Of a stretch of 64,000 nucleotides of DNA, positions 53,838 to 64,000 are shown one piece after another; the first letter of the stretch is position 1, and each line of letters begins with the position of its first letter. The notes beneath the pieces are model-generated. The model had not been told where the DNA came from. It searched no databases and worked only from the letters and a program-made list of their open reading frames with translations. Made by a program: the position numbers and the translations under genes. This stretch comes from Camelus dromedarius (Eukaryota), in the NCBI RefSeq assembly GCF_036321535.1, contig NC_087437.1:98210001-98274000 (forward strand), in the 5' to 3' direction.

Positions 53838-54890
53838 CATATTAATTAGGTAGGCTAAACCACTGAATAAATATCCCTGGAAATGTAATGGCTGAAATAA
53901 AATACAAGTGGATTTATCTCTCAAGTAACAATCTAAGTGGGATGGGGGATGGTGGGGAGGCTCTGCTCTACTCAGTCATGCAGGAACCCAGAATGAGGCT
54001 GGTCCTTCCATCTTCAACATGCGGCTCCTAAAGTCCAGCTTGTCATCAATATTTGAGACTGTGGGAAAGAAAAAAAGCTGTAGACGTGAACATGGAAATT
54101 TTCAAGGCAAGCCTTGAATGGGACTAATCGGTTTTGCTCTCTTCACTGGAAAGAGCTTTCTCTTACGGCTACAAGTATTGCTGGAGAATAGGTCCTTGTC
54201 TCATCGCAGAAAGAATTCAGAGATGAAACATGGAGGTCAAGAAAGTACAGTGAGAATGTATTAGGTGATAGTACACTCTCAAAGGGAGAGCAGGCAGACT
54301 CAGGTGAGCAGCTGCCCTGAGTTTCTCTGGCAAGCTGGTTATGTAAGATGTAAAAATGAGTGGGCAGATTATTCATCAGAGAAGGAGGAATTTGGGGTTA
54401 TATTTCTTAATGTTTCTCCCAAGGGAAGGAGGGATTTTTGTCCTTATTTAGTCTGGATCAGAAGTGTCATGGCATTGGTGCATGATGGGTACTTCTGATC
54501 TGCAAGGCTCATTTTATTTTTATGAAGACATAACGAGAAAAAGGTTACATTCGGATGATAGAGATTCTTGTCTTTTCCCACTCTTCTTTGTCTGCCTCCA
54601 GGACACTTGTTACCCCAAAATGTGTGATTTCTTATCAGTCCTGAGATTTCTGCCTTTCTCTGTCTGCCCAAGGACCCCCCATTGTTTACCAGAGTATGTT
54701 TCCTGCCATTTGGCCCATGCCCCCCTTTCTCTGTTCATATCTAGCTACCTGCATGCTCTAACACAACTAGCTGCAGAGGGAGCAGAAAAATATAGTCCAT
54801 GGCTGGGTAGCTTCATCTCGGTTATAACTAGCCTACTTTGGAATCAGTGGAGCACAGAGTTTGGTGGACAACTTGCAATCTTCACCATAC
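53838..54890 (-). mobile_element. Old MLT1 (J/K-like) LTR split by an ERV1 LTR
   Basis: ctctgctctactcagtcatgcaggaaccc...ccatcttcaacatg; resumes at 54764 (ctagctgcagagggagc...ggtggacaacttgcaatc). Confidence 0.65.
54176..54763 (-). mobile_element. ERV1-type solo LTR
   Basis: The - strand starts TGTTAGAGCATGCAGGTAGCTAGATATG and has U5-like ctgaattctttctgcgatgagacaagg. 4-bp TSD-like caag/caac. Confidence 0.8.
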
Positions 54891-57800
54891 CTTCTAAGCC
54901 GTTTTATGGTCTTAATAAGAACATGAGGATAAGATGTAGATTCAAGAACCAATTGTACTGAGTCCTTTGTAGAGCAAACTATTCCTGTGGCTATATTAGT
55001 CACCTTTGGTGGGGATGTATTTGCTTGATGTGTTTGGATCCTCTTATGAGTTAGAATATACTCCTATTGTATAGACAAGTTATGAGAGTAAAATGAGAAA
55101 ATATATCTAAAAGTTATTTGGAAGGGCTAAAACTATTTATAGTTCTTCAATGTTAGAAATTAAATTATTCCTTCATTGTTCAAATATAAGGAGGAGTCAG
55201 TTTAGTTCTATGAAGCCAATGCCCAATATTTTCATAGTCAAATGAAATATAATGACTAACAGGTGAACTGAAAAAGCAATCAACCTTCAAACAGAGTCCA
55301 AACAGAAAGTATATAAATAAGGGTAGAATATATGTCACAGTTAAGCTAGCACTCTTTTGTTGACACTGGGTCCAATTTAGTGGATTTAGCAACAAAGATA
55401 GAAAATTTTATTCACTCATTCAGTGTCACAGCTCAATGAACATTAAAACTGCCTATCTTGCTGGTAGCACCACTGAAGTCTGGAGAATCAATGAAATTTG
55501 AAGGCAAAATATAGGATGGAAGGCCAGAGAATGGTAAGACCCACATGAATGAGCCCTGGATGGAGAGTGTTCAGAAGACTTAAGTTTTGACTGAAGGGAG
55601 TATAGACAAATCAAAATATGAGGCTAAACAAGAGATAGTGGACCCCTTTAGTGGGATCACACAAAAATGCAAATCATGGCAGAACATAACGTATTGGTTA
55701 GACCCAGTATTTTAGGAACGTTAAAATAAGGATAGAGCACTCCATGCCCAATCCCACATAACAACCCAGATCAATACTCTGATATGGCATGGAGAGAGGC
55801 CAGCCAAGGTTAGGTAATGGAGGTGCCCTGACCCACTGACCTCGCTATGGCCTTCGAGAGTCAACGTTTTGCCATTAAATGTCAGATCAATTCCCAACAA
55901 TTTAGACATTACCCAGAAGTCTCTGGTTTCCTGGAATCTTTAATTTAAATAAACAAAAACAATAACAACAACTTCAAACTACCATTTTCGAGAGTCTAAG
56001 GAACTATTATTTACTCTATTAGCTTAATCCATCCCACTTGCTCAGTTTTTAACATTCTTGTCTCAATTGCTTTCCAGCATTTATAAAGCAGTACCTGCAT
56101 TAAAAAAAAAAATCTATATTACCATTATTTTTAATGTATGTTGATATCTATCTTTTTATTTTTATGTTCGAGAAAGATCTTTTCTCTCTGGGAATCTTAT
56201 AAACAATTTACCATAGACCGTCCATTTTCTCATATAGTCCTTACCAGGATTACCCTTGTATTGAAATTACACTTGAAAAGGGTTTTCTCTCTTTAGGTAA
56301 AGGAGAGCCCAGGTTTAATTTATCTTTTATGCCAATGCTTAATGAACACCGAGCAAGGTTTAAGATGCCTTGCCTTTGGTAGGTATTCAATACATAAATT
56401 AGTAAAGTTTTAGCCTAACTCTACCTCCCTTAATTCAAGGCAGTGGGATGGAGGTAAAAGAGCGGCCCATCCATGTGGCTGCCATACGTTTGTAGGGGAG
56501 CCTCTTAATTTTCCTCTCAGGAGTAATGTGGACCAGTCTCTCTGGCGCTCCACGAAGATAATCAAATCTGGTTTTCAGTACTCCATAAAATGCCAGACTT
56601 CTCTTGGGGGCGTGCTCTCTGCCCAGCAGGCCTGGATAAGCAGGCTCTTAGCGGTGATAGTTCCAGACGGGCTCTTTTATATCTCAGGGATCACCAGAAG
56701 ACTCCCATGTCCAGAGACTGACATACCTCTTTGATGGGCATGATACATGTTATTTAAATGACCGATTGAATGAATGAATGAGCCAACCATTTCCATCCCC
56801 AGATACCAACAAATTTCCAACTGGCATCTGGCTGCTTGAAGGTGTCCCTTCCATTAGGTGTGACAAGTTATAATCTAAAATAACACCTCATTTAGATCCT
56901 CGCCCACTTTCAGAGCTGCTGGGGAAAAGAAGGGAGAAGATTATAGCTCCCGGTCCTCCCAGCCTCCCCCTTCCGTCGTTCCTGCTGTACTGTATTGTCG
57001 TCTGTCCTGCCTGCCAAAGTTCCATTAAGGCTTTGGTGCTCCTGGCCCTTGAGTGGATACTCTACAAATTTAATCACCAAAGATGGCTTATTCTTGCCAG
57101 CTGGGTGCAGCAAACCAAAGGAATCATATCACACAAATATATGGGGATCAATTTTATCTAAGTGTATAAAGGAAGAAAACAGAGAAGAGGGGCTCTTTTG
57201 CTGGTGTGAATTTCCAGATTTTTAAAGTTTATCATCAATTCAAATATTCATGCCAAAAGGGGTAATAGTTCCAGCGATGATAGACAGCTGTGGAAAAGCT
57301 ATCGGCTTTTGGCTGCCTCTGGAAGCAAGGTCTTGGCTTCTCAGCCGAGTGGAGGTTGTTGGGTGGGCATAGCTGGAGTCAGAAAAGGCCATTTAGTGCA
57401 CGCTGACCTCCAGCTTACCTTGGGTGTGGCTGGGGCAACTCAGAAATGGGGTGAGGGACTTGGTTGCCCTTCTCAGCACTCAGACTCTCCTAACTGCAGC
57501 GGGGATTCTTGGGCCCACAATTCATATACTGACTCATCTGGCACTGGCTCTCTGGGTTGTACTTAACTCTGTGTTCTGCCATTGCCATAAGGTACAGATG
57601 CTTTAAAAAAAAATAAAAATAAAAAGAAGTAAATTTTTAAAAATGATCATCATTCCCCTGAATTGAGCCACCTGTCATTCTCTTTGGCCCATCAGTGAGA
57701 ACAGAGGCATAAACCTTGTTTTGCTTTAAATGTCACAAGTGCAACCTTCCTGCTTTGCATTGTGATGTTTTCCATTGTAGGTAGAGGGTAGCTGGCAGAC

Positions 57801-60669
57801 AAGACCCAGTCCTTTATTTATTTCCTTTCTAGGTGTTGATGAAAGTAAGTGTCAGTGAGGCAACATGACTTGTTTCATGATGACAGTCCTGCTCTGCTTG
57901 GTGACCTGTGACCTCCCTCCTCGGGGGATCTTGAGGTTAACGTGACTGCACACTGGATATCTACACAGGAAGGAATGTATTCAAGACTAGAAAATGTGGG
58001 AGGAATTTGGTGCACGAATAGAGCTTACTGAGCAGAGAAAACAACTGGGTGATTTTGCCCACCGAAACCCCCAGTTGATAGTTCCTTGCAACCCACTCGT
58101 CTGCAATGTCCACCACCTGATCAGACATATTCACATCTGCACAGACTCTTGCTCAAATAGTAATCACCTGCCTTGGTGGCCCTCAGAGGAGGGAGAAGGA
58201 ATGGAGGCGTCTGTAAAGCAGAAGTAAACGAGCGTGAAGCAGCTGAGAGTGGTCGAGGAGATGGGTGTGTAAACACCTGCGATGCGATAGGAGTCCATCA
58301 CAGCTGTTGGCACTTGGACCAGGCAGTCACCCCAGACCCTCCTACCAGGCCAAGCAGACAGGCCTCCAGCCAGACAGCCACTGTGATCTCCTGCCCCTCC
58401 AGCTGTCTATGTCTGAGGGTCTCAGGCAGGATCCTACAGTCAATCTCTCTCCTTTCTTGGGAGCAGGAAAGGAGATTGGTGCTCACCCTACTCCAAGCTT
58501 GCCTCATCTCAGAGCTCAATATCAGCTCTGTGCTTTGCAGCCACTCTGGGAGCCTCTCTTTTGTATAAGGAAAGAAGGACAGAATGTTGGAAGGGAATTC
58601 TCCTTGACAGATGGGAATGAGAGCGGTGTGAGTAACTAACTGGAGGCAATAAAGGTGTTAGCGAATAGCAGGAGGGAAGAGAGGGCCCTGGGATCACTGG
58701 CTCTCCTACACGCTGCGTGTTGTACCGGTGCCAGTGAGACCTGCCTATCTAAGCTTCGGTGGTAACAGCATGTGGCTCTGGCGGATTCACAACGTACTTG
58801 TTGGCTTTCTCAGTATCACAAGCGTTGGCTGGGTTCCCACCCAACTGAGGGGGCTGCCATCTTGTTGTTACCCTCCTTTCTGATGCCTCTCCTCCTGGTC
58901 ATGCCTCCTTTCTTTGTCCTGGTTCTTTTGTTCTTCCCTTCTCTGTTCCTTATGCCTCATTACATGATAGTCCCCTTCTCCTTTGAGATGGTTGTCTCTT
59001 CTTAGAAATGAGCCCCCTATCAGTGTCAAGCCCAGTGTCATGCAACCATTTACCCTAAAACCACAGCCCTCTAGCCCTATCCTCCGTGTTAAGAAAACCT
59101 AGCTGTTTTGAGAACTGTATTATCTATACAGTGTTTAAATATGAATCCCAGCAAGAATTCTTCAGGCAAGAATACCATTGAACCAAAAGATGTCATAACA
59201 CAAAGGAGTCTTAAATGCTTATTATCTCCACCCAACTACATTCCACTTGAAAACCAAGCAAATCATGACTTGGAAAAATTATATGAGTCCCCAAGGTTAT
59301 GCAACCAATAGAGTGAAGGGGTCACTTAGTACCTAGGATTCTTGACTCCCTAACCAGTGATTTTTTTTCCCACCTTATGGATTTTAACAAAAATAAAAGC
59401 ACAGATCCTGTAGACCCCTATGCTACTAAAGAAAATATTTCTTACCCCCAACCATGCTTGAATCCCTCTTGTACTGAAACAAATACAGCTAATGGATCAG
59501 GGATGCTCTCTTGTTCTGTTACGTGTCTGACCCTAAGGAAGTCACCACCTCCCTGGTTCTTAGTATTCTCTTTCACAGCTGAGGAGCCTGGACAGATCAT
59601 GTAGGGTTGCTTCTGGTTCCAAAATTCAATGACCCTTTAAGTTTAACTTCTTTCACCAGAATACCTGTCATTTCTAGGTAGTGTTCTCAGTCCTTTCTGC
59701 TAAAAGAGGTTAAGTAAATAAAAAGGAAAGATTGGCCTCTGCTTTTGGCCTAAATTATAACTTCATGACCAGGGATGAAGGAAGTTAATAGCAATAAGAA
59801 AGCTCCCAGGGTCTACCATTTACAATTTAAATACTTTACTTGGGAGGTTAAAAGTTCAAAGTTGAGTCATAGTCTGAGGTGGCTCTGCTCTTTCTTTTTA
59901 ATTATCTGAGGTCAGGAAGTTAATAATACCAGAAATCCCCAGTGGAGACCTCTTGTGCACTGTGTGAACTTTAAACTTGCTGATTTTTTTTTTTTTTTAA
60001 GGGTAAAAAGTTCAGTAAAAACACAGTGGACTTTTCCTCTTAGCCTCCACCCATTCATCCCCCAAGGTCAAAAGTTGAACTGTAAAACAGAAACCCTTGT
60101 TCTCTGATCCACATTTAAACAGATCACTTATTAAAAGGTAAACATTCCTAATGCAAGCCAAGATCCAAAGTGAATCTGTTCAATAAAAACAAAAATATTG
60201 TAATAAAATGAGTCTTTGATCTTTATCACTTGCCTTGTAATCGAACGTCAGAATTTATTTTATTTTTTTTGAATCTCAGAGAAAGATCAGTCACAAAAGC
60301 TCTTTCCTAACCTGTCTCTGCCCCGAGATTGGCATATCTGGAAAAGATAAATCTAAGACAGTTTTTAAATGAGTATTTACAATCTTATCTTAAGGCCATT
60401 TCTACAACTAATCCTGCACCATTATGTTTGTTTGTTTGTTTGTTTTGCTCAACCGGAGTTCAAGTGCGGTTTAAATCAGAAAGATTTAAAGGACTGTGGA
60501 ATTGAGAGATGTTTACTGAAAATGATGGGGGATATGGACAGAATAAAGAAATGGATGAATGAACCCAATGAACCTCAGGGGAATTAGCAATGGACAATCT
60601 TTGAAATCTTCCACATGTTAAAGCTCAAACATGAAGCCAAGAGGACAGCTGTAGAGCCCCAAACATGCA

Positions 60670-60767
60670 CAGTCCACCCTCCACACCCATGGGGTCCACA
60701 TCTTCAGAGTCAACCAACTGCAGATCAAAAATATTCAGGAAAAAAAAAAAGTTCCAGAAAGTCCAAC
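60670..60767. mobile_element. MER2-like Tigger fragment
   Basis: cagtccaccctccacacccatgggg...tcaaccaactgcagatcaaaaatattc. Confidence 0.7.
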
Positions 60768-62999
60768 AGATACCAAAGGACAACTATATTTATTTAATAA
60801 GAGTAAGACTTGCTTTCTTGAAGTAATAGTGGCAAATTTAAGAAGTACAGAAGAGTCATCAACTGAAAATTGACCAAATCCAATCAGCTTGCTGAGAAAA
60901 ACTCCCTAAACCACCATCAAAAGAAGCTGTTGCATGCAAGTCCTAAGTGTCTTTTTCCAGTAAAATAAATGATATATGTGTCCGTTCTTTTCACTGAATA
61001 ACCTTTGGGAATGCTTTGGATTTTAAAAAAATCCAATCTATGAATGAATATTTGTTGCAAAAATCTTTTAAGAAGCACATTTGTCACAATTTATCTGTCT
61101 AAATGAGGATAATACCACCTACTTGTCTACCTTAATATTTTTGCAGTTTAATGAGAAAACTACAGAAAACAGTGAGAACTTTGAAATAAAGATAGGCAGT
61201 CAGCACATTCATAATAAGTAATTTTCACTGATGTCAGTTTTGACAATGTCAGGTAAGTTCTTGGACTTTCTGGTTAATTTTAAATGCAAATTAAAAATAG
61301 AAGCTACAGCTCTGAAGAAGCTGTGTCCTAGACCCATTTACACTGTAAGTAATTGTCATAACATCCTCTGGGACTCCTGGATGCAGCTGGATGACCCAGA
61401 CCCAGGAATGACAAGCCAGGAAGGAAGTGGGGAGAGCACATGGGGCTACTTCCTCTTGTTACGATTCCCCTCTCAACAGCTGTAAGGAAGGGTGGAAGTT
61501 CCTTCTGAGTCAAAGTGTGGCTTCCAAGTAAGGGATGAAATTTGAGAGAGACGTGATCACATTGATTAGGATGTTGACCAAAAGGAAGTCACTGCATTTA
61601 GAAGCGTGTTCAGGGAAAATCAGGTATTAAACCAGGAGGTGAAGGGCATCTGGACACCGCTCATGACACTTAGGCTGGTGTTACATTCATGAGAATAATT
61701 TCTGGCTTCTATCCATCTTGTGAATGTATTCCCATGAATGTTTATATTTCTTCTGTTTGATTTTTAAGTCACCACATTGTATTAAGCTAGTTGTCTTCAT
61801 ACTTCTGTCTGACTGAATTCTGTATCTTTTTTCTTTGCCTGCAAACCACTTCATTTTATAAGAGGCTATTATTATATGTTCTCATAGGACAGAAATAGGA
61901 CTAGATCCATATAAAATCAACCATCCACAGCAATGTGAGGAATGTACTCCAAGCGGTATGAACATAGTGTCATGAGAACCCTGGGTCTTTGCCATGTTTT
62001 TCTTGTTCCCTTGCCTTACACATTCTGATTCCCCTTCCTGGAACAATCCACTTGTCCTTGATCCCTGGGGCCCTGAACTCTGCCTTAGTATTGCTCCTCC
62101 TTGACACCTCACCCCCCTCTCCCTCTCTGACTACCAGTGTCCCTTCCACAGCAGTCCCTGCAAGGAGAAACATCAGAGTGACCATCTCACCACATTGTAA
62201 TGTTTAGTTAATTTTGCTGCCTCCAACAATAAATTACAATCGAATTGAGAGAGAGCACTCTTATGCAATTCCTTGGGAGGGTCTTTTTCAAAATTACAGA
62301 ATGAAAACTGGCAGGAACAGGATTCAGAGTGTACCTTAATGAACAGCGAAGGAGAGCTGAGATTCAACAGGGTATAAGACAGACTGAACATACACAGTCC
62401 GCTCAGCTTTGTGGAATAACCCTGAGCACAGACGTTCTCAACTTTGGCTGTGCTTTGACATCACCTAGGAACTACAAAATATCCTTGATGTCTGGGAACC
62501 AACCCTAGATGATGGTTTTGGTAAGTCATTTTAGAGTCATTTACTTTTAGAATCAAAGTAAATACTAAACTTTTTTTTTAAAATCTATTCTCAGCCCCAA
62601 TTCTAAAAGTATATCTTGCATATTCTTTGTATTGTGTTGACAGAATTTTCTGGTTCTGATTACTTGAGGACATTCTCTTTGTGATAACTCATTGAGCTGT
62701 TCACTTTTGATACGTGCCCTTTGCCACGTGGGTGTTTTACTTCAACGCAAAGTTTACTTTAAAAAGGACATTTAAATTAAGTGGACTGAGATAGAGCAGG
62801 GTCATTGGGGTTTAAAAATGTTCCCAGGGAATACCTGTAACTATGAGAACTTAAGAATAAGGGCCATGACACAGGAAGATGCAGTTAAATGCTTCTAGAA
62901 ATCACCAATGACATTAAGAATCACAGACTGTCAACTTAAGGACACCTTATTTTCATAATTCTCTTGAAGAATAAGTTACTCTCCCCTCTAAACTGATTG

Positions 63000-63530
63000 A
63001 GCAATTCTCTAGTATCCTCATGGCAAAATCAAACATCTTGGCCAGCCAACATATTACACTAGCTTCTTCACAAAATGGTCCTATCTTTTTCTTCTTCCTT
63101 ATTAATATTGTGTGTTTTTGACTTATGCAAAACTGCTTGCCATTCCCTACCTAAGTGTGCTGTGCAAATGCTCCCTGTATCTTCCTACGTGTCTGATTTT
63201 AGGAATACCTTTCCTCTTAGTCCTCCAAGTAATTCATATTCATACTTCAAGACCCAACTCAGGCTAGTTCTCTGAATGCCTTTCCTAGTCCCACTGGTTT
63301 TATGAAGTGCTTCTGTACTGTGATGCATACAACTTAATTTGCTGGTCAACTGTAGCAGCCAGGACATTGGCTGAAACTAGCTCTCCACCACTGACATTGG
63401 ATTGTTTTAAATTCTGCCAAGGGCAGAAAGCGTGTCATTTTTCTGGACTCACTTTCCGCAGAATCCAACACAGCGTTTGCTATGTAGTAAGTGCTACATG
63501 AATGGCTACTGAATAAATGGATGGAAGGAT
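63000..63530 (+). mobile_element. L2 3' fragment
   Basis: aattcatattcatacttcaagacccaactcagg... and tail ctgaataaatggatgg. Confidence 0.65.
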
Positions 63531-64000
63531 AGTTTGACGGAGGTAGAAAGATGATCATGTAAATGACTCCCTCCTCTATTTAACGTCTGGAAGGGCTCTC
63601 AGGATACTCGTCACTGAGGAGAAAGCATAATAACTTCCCATTAGACTGATTTCATATTCAGCTTCCAAAGGTTGGAGGCCCAGGAACCTGAGCCAATCAT
63701 AGAAATAAGAGACTCAGGGCCAGGGCAGGTGGCCCCAGGTAAAAGGATTACAATCACGGTTTCTTTGGTTATGTTGGGATTTTCTAGATAAAGAAATAGA
63801 AGCAAAATGTTGTCATATAGTGTTTCCAAACTGTGACCTTTCTAGATGGTGGTTTAGTCCTGAGCCGCATCACTTTCCATTTGTTCTTTCTTCCCCTCAC
63901 ATTGGCCTTGAGTTCTTCTTCTTGAGTCAGAATCAGTATAAATGCATTAGTACCTACTGTCCCAACTTGGGTTCCAGCTGAAAATAAATTTTAAGTTTGT

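Noticed and set aside
54464..54961. 165-aa + strand ORF
   Set aside because: It runs across an ERV1 LTR/MLT1 junction in antisense and has no protein similarity I can recognise.
1..64000. CRISPR arrays, rRNA, prokaryotic operons, non-retroviral viral inserts or NUMTs
   Set aside because: No regularly spaced repeat-spacer array, dense ORF block or recognisable rRNA, mitochondrial or viral sequence was seen. The sequence is typical mammalian repeat-rich DNA.

Overview
Mammalian genomic DNA, AT-rich and repeat-dense. It is most likely from a camelid (camel, llama or alpaca), because it carries a tRNA-derived Vic-1-type SINE (about 53.4-53.6 kb) and cetartiodactyl-type L1 3' ends. I found no intact, recognisable protein-coding gene. 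The window looks intergenic or deep-intronic, and most ORF-track entries are chance ORFs or transposon remnants. Securely supported content: a decayed intronless RBMX2 retropseudogene (- strand, about 22.8-23.7 kb); a near full-length dead Tigger1 DNA transposon; several L1s, one with a twin-primed 5' inversion; a truncated ERV1 provirus with a tRNA-Ser(GCT) primer-binding site; solo LTRs (MLT1, MLT2, ERV1, LTR16-like); and MIR, L2 and MER fossils. Repeat names come from recalled consensus sequences, not from a database search, so subfamily labels and many boundaries are approximate. The most unusual unexplained signals are a chain of abutting inverted repeats at 50.39-50.61 kb, a CpG/ETS promoter-like patch at the 5' end of the retrocopy with well-formed downstream - strand exons, divergent CTCF motifs flanking a TGACAG cluster, a dense E-box cluster, a poly(A)/TSD-bearing retrocopy of an LTR R-region, and a candidate 12-nt microexon. 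None of these demonstrates a new biological system. They are hypotheses with stated tests.
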